Source of the DNA: an uncultured Dehalococcoidales bacterium
Lineage (GTDB): Bacteria; Chloroflexota; Dehalococcoidia; Dehalococcoidales; UBA3254
Length of the DNA: 64,000 bases
Direction: 5' to 3'
NCBI GenBank assembly: GCA_964386535.1
Contig: CAYLRY010000003.1
Span: 39,210-103,209 of the forward strand
Shown here: piece after piece, positions 38,772 through 48,003 of the stretch
Numbering within the stretch: position 1 is the first letter of the stretch
Layout of the letters: each line of letters begins with the position of its first letter
Notes under the pieces: generated by a model
The model's database searches: none
Seen by the model: only the letters and a program-made list of their open reading frames with translations
Told to the model about the DNA's origin: nothing
Made by a program: the position numbers and the translations under genes

Positions 38772-40130
38772 GTGTCCGGAGAGATAACCAGTAAAGTCAC
38801 CATGGATAAAATCGTCTCATTGTGCCGCCGCCGAGGTTTTGTTTTTCAAAGTAGCGATATTTATGGCGGTCTGGCCAGTTGCTGGGACTTTGGCCCGCTG
38901 GGCGTTGAGCTCAAACGTAATGTCAAAGACGCCTGGTGGAAAGATATGGTCCAGAGCCGGGACGATATGGTAGGTATTGATACCAGCATCCTGATGCATA
39001 GTCAGGTCTGGACAGCCAGCGGTCATTTGAAAAATTTCACGGACCCTTTGATAGAATGCAAAGTCTGCCAGAAGCGGTTCAAGGGGGATGAGCTGGATAC
39101 GAAAAATTGTCCGGCCTGCGGTGGTGAGCTCACCGAACCCCGGCAGTTTAATACCATGTTTAAAACCCACATGGGTCCGGTGGAAGACTCCAGCGCAGAA
39201 GTCTTCTTAAGGCCGGAAACTGCCCAGGGAATGTTCGTCAATTTCCAGAACGTGGTAACCACCACCCGTAAAAAACTGCCCTTCGGCATCGCCCAGATAG
39301 GTAAATCTTTCCGCAATGAGATTACCACCGGTAACTTTATTTTTCGTGACCGGGAGTTTGAGCAAATGGAGATTGAATATTTTATTAAACCCGGGACTCA
39401 GGATAAATGGTTCGAATATTGGGTTAACGAGCGCTATACCTGGTTCCAGAAGCTCGGCATTAAAAAAGAACACCTCAAGTTACACTATAAGAAAAAGGAA
39501 GAACTGGCCCATTATGCTCTGGCCTGCTGTGATATTGAGTTCTTTTTCCCCATGGGTTGGGGTGAGCTGGAGGGCGTAGCCAGCCGGGGTGACTATGATT
39601 TGACCCAGCATGCTGCAAGCAGCGGCAAGAATTTAAGGTATATAGACGAAGAAGCTAAAGAGCAGTACCTGCCCTACGTAGTGGAGCCTTCAGCCGGCGT
39701 CGACCGGGCGGTTCTAGCTTTTATTTGCGATGCATATGACGAAGATATTGCGGACGGCGAGGAGCGGGTTATCCTGCGTTTCCATCCCCGTATAGCGCCT
39801 GTTAAGGCTGCTGTCCTACCGTTAAGTAAGAAGGAACCGCTGGGTGTTCTCGCCCGGGAGATCTTTAATAGTCTCCGTTCTGAATGGGTGGTACAGTATG
39901 ATGATACTCAGAGCATCGGTCGGCGCTACCGGCGCCAGGACGAGATCGGAACGCCCTTCTGCATTACCATTGATTTCCAGTCATTGGAAGATAAACAGGT
40001 TACCGTACGTGAACGTGACAGCATGACCCAGATCCGCATACCCATTACTGATCTTAAAGGTACCCTGGCTGCCAAACTGGCTGGAGAGCCCATCGCTGAA
40101 GGCAGCAGGGTATGGAAAAAGGGAGATTGA
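38772..40130 (+). CDS. glyQS: Glycine--tRNA ligase, alpha2 (homodimeric) type
   Basis: RRGF, WDFGPLG, LRPETAQG, GKSFRNEI, REFEQME, VVEPSAG, IGRRYRRQDEIGTP. Confidence 0.95.
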   Translation: MSGEITSKVTMDKIVSLCRRRGFVFQSSDIYGGLASCWDFGPLGVELKRNVKDAWWKDMVQSRDDMVGIDTSILMHSQVWTASGHLKNFTDPLIECKVCQKRFKGDELDTKNCPACGGELTEPRQFNTMFKTHMGPVEDSSAEVFLRPETAQGMFVNFQNVVTTTRKKLPFGIAQIGKSFRNEITTGNFIFRDREFEQMEIEYFIKPGTQDKWFEYWVNERYTWFQKLGIKKEHLKLHYKKKEELAHYALACCDIEFFFPMGWGELEGVASRGDYDLTQHAASSGKNLRYIDEEAKEQYLPYVVEPSAGVDRAVLAFICDAYDEDIADGEERVILRFHPRIAPVKAAVLPLSKKEPLGVLAREIFNSLRSEWVVQYDDTQSIGRRYRRQDEIGTPFCITIDFQSLEDKQVTVRERDSMTQIRIPITDLKGTLAAKLAGEPIAEGSRVWKKGD

Positions 40131-41458
40131 AACTACTCCATTTTGCCGACCTTCACCTGGGGGTTGAGACCTACGGGCATATTAATCCGGCAAGCGGCCT
40201 GTCTTCACGCCTGGAAGATTTTTTATATGCCTTTGACCAGGTAATAGAGTACGCCCTGGCTAATAATATTGACCTGGTACTGTTCTGCGGGGATGCTTAT
40301 AAAACCCGCGAGCCCAGCCAGACGCAACAAAGAGAACTCGCCAAACGTATCAAGCGTCTCTCTGAAAGGGATATCCCTCTTTTTATGGTCACCGGCAACC
40401 ACGATTTACCCAATGCCCTTGGCCGGGCTACAGCAATCGAAATCTTCAATACCCTCTCAGTACCCAATGTCACTGTAGCCGATAAGCCGGGCGTTCACCG
40501 GATCAGGACCCGCAGTGGTGATATTCAAATTGCCGCTTTACCCTGGGTCAGACGCAGTTCTTTACTTACCCGGGAGGATACCCGTAACCTGGATTTTAAC
40601 CAGATTAATGAAAGGCTTCAGCAAGCGCTGACACGCATTATCTATGATCAGGCCTCCAGGTTGGATCCCTCCATACCGGCTGTTTTAGCTGCCCATGTCT
40701 GGGTTATGAATGCCAGGGTGGGTACTGAGAAATCCATGTCCATCGGACAGGAACATATGCTCCTGCTGAGCAGTGTAGCTCAGCCAGCCTTTGATTATGT
40801 AGCGCTGGGTCACATACATAAGGGACAGGTGTTGAATGAAAATCCACCGGTAGTCTATTCCGGCAGCCTGGAAAGGCTGGATTTCGGGGACGAGGAGGAT
40901 GAAAAAGGCTTCTATCTGGTAGAAATAAGAAATATTAAAGAAGTGCCTGCTCAGTTCCCCTCCTTAAGCAATGGCACCTCCGGTAGTTCCATCTATGATA
41001 AACCGGAGTCAGGGAATAATATACCAATCCACAAAGCTGAATTTCCTCGCCAGATATCTTACCAGTTCCATTCTATTAACGCCCGCCGCTTTTTTTCTCT
41101 GGATATTGCTATTAAACCTGATGACCAGGATCCTACCGCCACTGTCCTCCAATCTATTGAAGCCAACCGGAAAAAGATTAAAGACGCTGTGCTGCGAATC
41201 GATATCAATCTTCCTGCCATTCTCTCCAATAAACTGAGGGACTTGGAAATCCAAAGCCGGGTTAAGGACGCATATTATTTGATCATTAACAAAAATGTCC
41301 AGCGGGAAACCCGTCTGCGTATGGGCCAAAGCGCACTGGAAGGCATTACCCCGGAAAATGCGCTTAGAGCCTATCTGAAAACCAGGTATCCGCCGGAAAG
41401 GGCGCAGCTTCTCTTTGAAGAAGGCGAAAAGCTTATCCGAGATTATCTGAGAGAGTAA
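40112..41458 (+). CDS. sbcD: SbcD/Mre11-family nuclease
   Basis: HFADLHLG, GD, GNHD, AAH, LGHIH, YSGSLERLDFG. Start may instead be TTG 40127. Confidence 0.88.
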   Translation: MEKGRLKLLHFADLHLGVETYGHINPASGLSSRLEDFLYAFDQVIEYALANNIDLVLFCGDAYKTREPSQTQQRELAKRIKRLSERDIPLFMVTGNHDLPNALGRATAIEIFNTLSVPNVTVADKPGVHRIRTRSGDIQIAALPWVRRSSLLTREDTRNLDFNQINERLQQALTRIIYDQASRLDPSIPAVLAAHVWVMNARVGTEKSMSIGQEHMLLLSSVAQPAFDYVALGHIHKGQVLNENPPVVYSGSLERLDFGDEEDEKGFYLVEIRNIKEVPAQFPSLSNGTSGSSIYDKPESGNNIPIHKAEFPRQISYQFHSINARRFFSLDIAIKPDDQDPTATVLQSIEANRKKIKDAVLRIDINLPAILSNKLRDLEIQSRVKDAYYLIINKNVQRETRLRMGQSALEGITPENALRAYLKTRYPPERAQLLFEEGEKLIRDYLRE

Positions 41459-41517
41459 AATCACTTGAATTGATGAATTATTCTTGTCCAAGTGATAATG
41501 TATTTCGAGGAGGCAAT

Positions 41518-42018
41518 ATGTTAGCAGCACCAGAAATAATTCAACTTCTTCAGCTTAAAGCTCACGCCAGGGAAGGCGGCTTTTACCGTGAGACCTATCT
41601 CTCTTCTGAAAAAATCCCCTCAGGCTGTCTGCCATCCCGCTATTCTTCAGAAAGGGCTTTCGGTACAGCTATATACTATTTATTAACTCCGGAAACTTGC
41701 TCACGCCTGCATCGTTTGAAAACGGATGAAATCTACCATTTTTACCTTGGCGATCCTGTCATCATGCTACTGCTGTTTCAGGATGGTTCTTCAGAGAAAA
41801 TCACGCTGGGGCAAGATATTGCCGGCGGACAACAATTGCAGGTCGTGATACCCCGCCATACCTGGCAGGGCAGTTTTTTAAAACCAGGAGGTCAAGTGGC
41901 TCTTTTAGGCACTACCATGGCCCCTGCTTTCGATTATGCAGACTTCGAAGCCGGTGAAAGAGAAACCCTGATGTTAGAGTACCCGTCCAGGAAAGACCTG
42001 ATCCAGCATTTGACTTAA
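41518..42018 (+). CDS. Cupin (DUF985 / cupin_5) protein
   Basis: H..EGGFYRET, TAIYYLL, LHRL..DEIYHFY.GDP, APAFDYADF; AGGAGG RBS. Confidence 0.88.
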   Translation: MLAAPEIIQLLQLKAHAREGGFYRETYLSSEKIPSGCLPSRYSSERAFGTAIYYLLTPETCSRLHRLKTDEIYHFYLGDPVIMLLLFQDGSSEKITLGQDIAGGQQLQVVIPRHTWQGSFLKPGGQVALLGTTMAPAFDYADFEAGERETLMLEYPSRKDLIQHLT

Positions 42019-42027
42019 CCATCAATC

Positions 42028-42095
42028 AACCAACCACAATCGATAACAATAATCTTAAAAAGCAGCTTGACAGCATTTTCTATGGGTGATATGAT
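42028..42095 (+). promoter_or_regulatory. Sigma70-type promoter with upstream 16-bp motif (SBP gene)
   Basis: TTGACA(42067-72)-17 nt-TATGAT(42090-95) with extended TG; AACCAACCACAATCGA at 42028-42043. Confidence 0.65.
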
Positions 42096-42298
42096 ATTAC
42101 GACCAACATATATGATCAACGAATAGACCTGTATTTTAACAATTTTATTTGTAAAACTTAAAAATTTCTGATCGTCCGTCAAGTTGGGTTTGGGTGCTTA
42201 TCGTTCTCTGGCATGGTCCAGTCAAGATACGAAATACCTACCCGCAGGCCGCTTCTGACTATAGTTTCAGGCAAAAGCGGGTAGATTGGAGGTCAGAT

Positions 42299-43948
42299 AT
42301 GAAAAAAAAGGTCTACATTGTTTTGGCATTCCTGGTAATAATTGGGTTACTTCTGGTGGCCTGTAGCAGCGGGCCGTCAACCACTACAACTCAGGCAATT
42401 TCCAAAGCGCCAGCCACATCCGCGCCCCCTGTTCCAACCACAACCGCTGCAATCCCCGTTACCACCACATCAGCATCATCGATAGTTTCACTTCTTCAAC
42501 CCGGAGAAAAACCGCAAACCGGTGGTGTATTCAGATTTGGAACCCCGGCCCAGCCGACGAAACTAGTGACCTGGAACCAGGGTTATGACGGCAGGTTCTT
42601 AAAAGCTTCTTATGACACTCTTTTCAGAATCGATGAAAACGGCAATTTACAACCCTGGCTGGCTACCGGCTATAAGGTCGCTGATGATCTGAAGTCTATG
42701 ACTTTAACCCTGAGGCAGGGCGTCAAGTTCCATGATGGCACTGATTTTAACGCCAAGGCAGCCAAATGGAACATTGAGCTGCGCCGGGACTCCAAGATGG
42801 GCAACTATTTAAATATTACTTCTATCGACGTCCTGGATGATTACACCCTCCGCCTCAACTTTTCCGAATTCTCCAACACACTATATCCCAGTTTCTGGCA
42901 TATAGCCGGTATGATGCATTCGCCTACTGCCTATGAAAAAGATGGCAAAGACGCCGCCCTGTGGAATCCGGTCGGCACCGGTCCTTTTAAATTTGTTAGT
43001 TACCAGAAGGACGTGAAGGTAACCTACACCCGTAATGATAACTACTGGCGGGGCAAGCCTTACCTGGATGGCTACGAATGTGTCTTTGTAAGCGACCCCA
43101 CAGCCCTAGAGATGGGCATGAGGACCGGTCAGTTCGATATTGCTGAACAGGTCACCAACCAGCAGTTTGTAGGTCTGGAAAAAGACGGGTTTAAAGTCAT
43201 CAAAGCGGATAATATGCCCGGTGAAGATGCCGCCATGCCGGATACGGCCAATCCCAGTTCTCCCTTCGCCAAACTGAAAGTCAGGCAGGCTATATTGTAC
43301 GCCGTCGATCTCCCCACTATATGTAAAAATCTAATGTATGGCTACAGTGATCCTCTCTACTCAATAGCTGCTAAAGGAACCTATGCCTATGTCCCGGGAA
43401 TTGAATACAAGTATGATCCTGCCAAAGCCAAACAGCTTCTGGCAGAGGCTGGCTATCCCAATGGCTTTGAGGCGACCTTCGTTTTGACTACTAAAGATTA
43501 CAATACCACCAGGCAGGCCTGGAATGGCTATTTGGCTGACATCGGTATTAATGTCAAGGTTAACGTGGTGGATATGGCCGGCATGTACGCCGCTAATCAG
43601 AACGGCTGGTTCAACGGCTTTACCGATAAGAACATGGCTGGCTCCGACTGGCTGACACAGCTCAACTACCAGCTTGGAAAAGATGCTATCTACCGCAAGA
43701 GCTGGGCACAGCCGGCGGGTTTGCAGGACCTTTTAGATAAGGCCATGGCAACACCGGACTTATCTGTCCGTAATAAATATTGCCAGGATATTGTCAAACT
43801 GATTGATGCCGAAGCCGCTCTTATCCCCACCTGGACCAACCCCTCTAAATATCCGCTGACCACCAGCCGTAAGGTCCACAATGCCGAATATGTACTCTGG
43901 GGCCCCAATAAATTGTGGACTCCTGCGGATGTCTGGATTGAGAAATAG
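42299..43948 (+). CDS. ABC transporter family-5 (Dpp/Opp/Nik) substrate-binding lipoprotein
   Basis: Lipobox LLVAC, Thr/Pro/Ala linker, PWLA, LRQGVKFHDGT.FNA, PVGTGPF. Confidence 0.9.
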   Translation: MKKKVYIVLAFLVIIGLLLVACSSGPSTTTTQAISKAPATSAPPVPTTTAAIPVTTTSASSIVSLLQPGEKPQTGGVFRFGTPAQPTKLVTWNQGYDGRFLKASYDTLFRIDENGNLQPWLATGYKVADDLKSMTLTLRQGVKFHDGTDFNAKAAKWNIELRRDSKMGNYLNITSIDVLDDYTLRLNFSEFSNTLYPSFWHIAGMMHSPTAYEKDGKDAALWNPVGTGPFKFVSYQKDVKVTYTRNDNYWRGKPYLDGYECVFVSDPTALEMGMRTGQFDIAEQVTNQQFVGLEKDGFKVIKADNMPGEDAAMPDTANPSSPFAKLKVRQAILYAVDLPTICKNLMYGYSDPLYSIAAKGTYAYVPGIEYKYDPAKAKQLLAEAGYPNGFEATFVLTTKDYNTTRQAWNGYLADIGINVKVNVVDMAGMYAANQNGWFNGFTDKNMAGSDWLTQLNYQLGKDAIYRKSWAQPAGLQDLLDKAMATPDLSVRNKYCQDIVKLIDAEAALIPTWTNPSKYPLTTSRKVHNAEYVLWGPNKLWTPADVWIEK

Positions 43949-43959
43949 GAAGTATTAAC

Positions 43960-43994
43960 AAAAGCTGCCGGCTCTGGGGCCGGCAGCTTTTTTA
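43960..43994. terminator. Bidirectional intrinsic terminator between SBP and permease genes
   Basis: AAAAGCTGCCGG-N8-CCGGCAGCTTTT, with A and T runs on both sides. Confidence 0.85.
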
Positions 43995-44002
43995 TTTGAG
44001 AA

Positions 44003-44050
44003 TGGGGGAGACCCCCAAACCCCGGCAGGAAATATCCTGCACTATTTCGT
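44003..44050 (+). repeat. Dispersed GC-rich hairpin repeat, copy 2
   Basis: GGGGGAGACCCCCAAACCCCG-GCAGGA(AATA)TCCTGC-ACTATTT. Confidence 0.65.
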
Positions 44051-44052
44051 GA

Positions 44053-44955
44053 CTAAAAAGTTCCCCTGAGCCGCGGGTCCAGAGCATCTCTGAGGCCATC
44101 ACCCATCATATTAAAGCCAAATACTACCAGCATGATAGCCAGCCCAGGGGCAATTGAAATTATTGGGGCTGTCAATAGGTATGACCGGCCTCCATTTACC
44201 ATACTGCCCCATGCAGGTGTCGGTGGAGTAATGCCAACTCCTAGAAAACTTAAGGAGGCCTCAGCCAGAATGGCTGTGCCCAGTTCCATGGTAATAATTA
44301 CCAGCAAAGGCGGGAAAGCATTCGGGAAAATATGCCTCAGCATGATACGGAGGCTGCTGGCGCCGGTAGCCCGGCCGGCCAGAACATAGTCATTTTGTTT
44401 GATGGATAGGGCCTGCCCGCACATCAGCCGGCAGTGCACAGGTATCATCCCGATAGCCAAGGCAAGAATGACATTGCCCATGCCGCCGCCAAGGGAACCC
44501 GCAATAATAATGAACAACAGCAAAGGAGGAATAGACATTAATGAGTCAATAGCCCGCATGATAACCATAAACACAGCGCCGCCGAAATAAGCAGCGATCA
44601 ATCCCAGAGACTGACCAACTATGGTAGCAGAACCCACAGCTCCAATGCCTATAATTAAGGATACTCGTGAGCCATATATGATCCGGGTTAGTAAATCCCT
44701 GCCCAGCTCATCGGTACCCAGGAGATGATTTCTGGAAGGTGAAGCCATATGATTGGCAATATCCATTTTAAAAGGATCATAGGGGGTAAGAAAAGGGGCA
44801 AAGATAGCTGTCATAATCAGTAAAAGAATGAGAGCCAAACCAATAACCGCCAGCTTGCGCCCAAAGAAGACCCTGATTACTCTGTGTAATTCAGAAACAT
44901 GGGGGGTTCCTGTAATTTGTGACTGGCTTATGGAATTGTTTCGAAATGTGGCCAT
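44053..44955 (-). CDS. ABC peptide/nickel-type permease (DppC-like)
   Basis: HLLGTDELGRDLLTRIIYGSR, DYVLAGRATGAS, LGVGITPPTPAWG, GDGLRDALDPR. Confidence 0.92.
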   Translation of the reverse strand: MATFRNNSISQSQITGTPHVSELHRVIRVFFGRKLAVIGLALILLLIMTAIFAPFLTPYDPFKMDIANHMASPSRNHLLGTDELGRDLLTRIIYGSRVSLIIGIGAVGSATIVGQSLGLIAAYFGGAVFMVIMRAIDSLMSIPPLLLFIIIAGSLGGGMGNVILALAIGMIPVHCRLMCGQALSIKQNDYVLAGRATGASSLRIMLRHIFPNAFPPLLVIITMELGTAILAEASLSFLGVGITPPTPAWGSMVNGGRSYLLTAPIISIAPGLAIMLVVFGFNMMGDGLRDALDPRLRGTF

Positions 44956-44967
44956 AGAATATACTCC

Positions 44968-45918
44968 TTAAGAATATCGGATCCTGGGATCGACCACACC
45001 ATAGGCTATGTCAACTAAAAGGTTCGATAATATCACTATGGCAGAAATGATCAAGACTATATCCTGTACTACGATAAAGTCGCGGCTGAAAAGAGCATCA
45101 ACCGAGAGCCTGCCCATTCCTGGAATATTAAATACCGTTTCAATGACTACCGCGCCGCTGAAGACTCCGCGGAGCTGCATCCCCAGCAAAGTGATAATTG
45201 GTATCAGCGCATTTTTAAGCATGTGCCTGATAACAATGATACGTTCCCTCAGACCTTTGGACCAGGCGGTCCGGATATAATCCTGCCGGATGACCTCCAG
45301 CATGCTGGAACGCGTCTGGCGGGTCAGAGCGCCGATGGGGAAAATAGCCAGGCAAATAACCGGCATAATCGCCTGTTTGAGATAACCTCCGAAGCTTTCC
45401 AGCGGTGATGTATAACCGTAAGGTGGCAGCCATTGCAGTTTTAAAGCGAAGAAATACATCATTAAAATGGCTATCCAAAAACCCGGGGCAGTTATCCCCA
45501 GGTTGGCCAGCATGGTGGCTACAGTATCTATCCATTTCCCTCGTCTCAGGGCTGACAGTGTTCCGAGCAATATACCGAAAATAGCGCTGATAATCAGAGA
45601 TAATACGCTCAGGCTCACAGTAATGGGCAGGGCTTCCTTGATAAGGCCGGATACCTCCATGCGAAATAAGATAGATTTACCGAAGTCTCCCTGTAAAATG
45701 TCATTCAGCCAGTTGGCATACTGAACTGGCAAAGGTTTATCCAGTCCATATTGAACTCGAAGCGCTTGAAGTTCTTCAAGCGATGTAACTTGTTTTTCTG
45801 CAACATAAAGATAGATAGGATCTCCAGGGAGCTCCCGCAGGATAATAAAAATCAGCATTGTTACTAAAATCAGGACTATCAGACCCGTTATCAACCTGCG
45901 AACAATATATCCTGTCAT
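44968..45918 (-). CDS. ABC peptide/nickel-type permease (DppB-like)
   Basis: YIVRRL, LPGDP, YGLDKPL..QY, TRSSMLEV..QDYIRTA.SKG, ETVFNIPGMG, VDPRIR. Confidence 0.92.
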   Translation of the reverse strand: MTGYIVRRLITGLIVLILVTMLIFIILRELPGDPIYLYVAEKQVTSLEELQALRVQYGLDKPLPVQYANWLNDILQGDFGKSILFRMEVSGLIKEALPITVSLSVLSLIISAIFGILLGTLSALRRGKWIDTVATMLANLGITAPGFWIAILMMYFFALKLQWLPPYGYTSPLESFGGYLKQAIMPVICLAIFPIGALTRQTRSSMLEVIRQDYIRTAWSKGLRERIIVIRHMLKNALIPIITLLGMQLRGVFSGAVVIETVFNIPGMGRLSVDALFSRDFIVVQDIVLIISAIVILSNLLVDIAYGVVDPRIRYS

Positions 45919-46589
45919 TTATTATCCCCTCAACCCTGTAAATTGCTTACCGGAAAATAAATAGGAATAGGCGGAAGTCAAATTATTAATATTGTACGCT
46001 ATTAATTGATATTATTATGCTGTCCTTAAAAACATAGATACAATGCAGATATATACCTCAGGGTTTTAAATTTCGCCAACCTGCTACCGGATCTATCCAT
46101 AAACGCCCTGGAGAAGTTTGACTCTTCTGGTGTCTTTGAAGCTACAATGGTTTATTCATATTATTATAATCCATTATGATGGTCTCAATAGCATATCATC
46201 CCTCAAACCCACTGTCAACACCCTGGAAAATACCCAAATACCTTATCAGACAGCCTTGAAAGAACTGAAATCAGTACACTATATCGATGAAAGTATGCAG
46301 GCTCATTTAGCCTCAATAGATGCTGAATTCAGGGAATCCAGATAAAAGGAAATCAGCCGGTTTCTCATGGTTGATTACAAAGTATGAAATGGCCAGGCAA
46401 AGGATATGCATTCTCGTTAATTAACTATTTTCCATCATAAACCACGACAGAGTTTAGATATTTTAAATGTTAGTTTTTATTATTAATGAAAAGTTCATTA
46501 ATGCAGAAGGCATAAACCAGCTTGTTTATTAAATCCAATTCAGTCACCCGGAAATTAAATAATATCCTATTCCCTGGCTTTAATATGCT

Positions 46590-46658
46590 AACCAACCACA
46601 ATCGAGTATATACAATAAGAATTACGCTATTGACAGTCGATAACGCCGATTGTATATT
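46590..46658 (+). promoter_or_regulatory. Sigma70-type promoter with upstream 16-bp motif (bzdNOPQ-like operon)
   Basis: TTGACA(46630-35)-17 nt-TATATT(46653-58); AACCAACCACAATCGA at 46590-46605. Confidence 0.65.
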
Positions 46659-46837
46659 ATGAGATATTACAGGTTGAAATTTCAAATCATTTTCCCTTTC
46701 AACGATATTCTATTCAACTTACGCTTACTACTCCACTCCTTTTTAAGTTTCAAACCTGTAGTACCGGTATTTGCGCCAATTAGGAACCAGGCAGCTAAGA
46801 TACTTCAAAATAAAGGCCACAAAAGGAGAGCCAAGCC

Positions 46838-47953
46838 ATGGAAAGATTTCGAAAAGTGCTGGAAAACCATCATCAATATGCCAGGAATTGGAAAGCCAGG
46901 ACCGGAGGTAAAGTTATTGGCTACCTTTGTCCCTACACAGCGGAGGAGGTGGCCTATGCAGCAGGAGTACTGCCGGTCCGCCTGCTGAGCGAAAATGAAC
47001 CTGATGAAATCACCGACCGCTACTTTTACGGCAACTGCAATTGCACCCGTGACATCCTCAACCAGATTCTAAAAGGCAGATACGACTACCTTGACGGAGC
47101 GGTACATTTCAACGGCTGCGAATGGCAGGAAAGGACTTTTGAAAGCTGGAAATATCATCAGCCTCTTCCATATATGCATTATGTGTATACCACTAATTAT
47201 GTTGAAGGCATCCGGGCAAAGAACTTGATGCGGTCGGAACTGGAAGCTTTCAAAAAGTCGCTGGAGGAATGGACCGGGAAAATTATCACTAACCAGGCGC
47301 TTGACAGAGCTATTGATATTTACAACACCAATCGACGGCTTATGCGGCAAATATATGAGTTGCGACGGTTGGATAATCCCCCGGTCTCCGGTGCAGAAGC
47401 CATGGAAATGGTGCTGGCCAGCCAGATAATGGATAAAGAAGAACACAACCAACTGCTTACCGGGGTACTCAGGGAACTTCCGGAGCGCAAGGGTATTAAA
47501 AATGTTGGTGTACGGCTGATGCTGCGGGGCAGCCCTACTCATAATACCAGGATGGAAAGACTGATAGAGTCGCTAGGTGCGACTATAGTGATCGATGAAC
47601 TGTGTACGGGCTCTGCCTACTTCTGGAATGAGGTTATCCCCCAGGAAGACCGCCTCATGGCTATAGCCCTGCGTTACCTGGATAAGCCCCCTTGTCCTGA
47701 AAAAGAAATCAGGTACGCCTCCCGTCCTGCCCATGTCCTCCAATTGATCGAGCGTTACAATGTGCAGGGAGTGGTAATTGACAAGCAGGTCTATTGCGAC
47801 CCTCATGGCAGCGATAACCACCGCATCTGGGCCACTCTCCGTGAACGGTATATTCCTTTCCATTATATCGAACGCGATACCACTCTGCCGGCTGGAGAAA
47901 TGGAAGCACGGATAGAGGCTTTCATAGACATGTTAAAACCCGAATTGGTGTAG
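46838..47953 (+). CDS. bzdN: Class I benzoyl-CoA reductase subunit (BzdN/BcrC-like)
   Basis: YARNWKARTGGKVIGYLC, EEVAYAAGVLPVR, DELCTG, YCDPH; 2-hydroxyacyl-CoA dehydratase fold. Confidence 0.75.
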   Translation: MERFRKVLENHHQYARNWKARTGGKVIGYLCPYTAEEVAYAAGVLPVRLLSENEPDEITDRYFYGNCNCTRDILNQILKGRYDYLDGAVHFNGCEWQERTFESWKYHQPLPYMHYVYTTNYVEGIRAKNLMRSELEAFKKSLEEWTGKIITNQALDRAIDIYNTNRRLMRQIYELRRLDNPPVSGAEAMEMVLASQIMDKEEHNQLLTGVLRELPERKGIKNVGVRLMLRGSPTHNTRMERLIESLGATIVIDELCTGSAYFWNEVIPQEDRLMAIALRYLDKPPCPEKEIRYASRPAHVLQLIERYNVQGVVIDKQVYCDPHGSDNHRIWATLRERYIPFHYIERDTTLPAGEMEARIEAFIDMLKPELV

Positions 47954-48003
47954 ATTTTTAAAAACAGAACTTGTTATGTTATTGTCCCAACAGGAGTAAT
48001 AAG

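Noticed and set aside
46118-46345. 75-aa ORF in the AT-rich intergenic region
   Set aside because: Weak TTG start, no RBS and no recognisable family; possibly a gene remnant.
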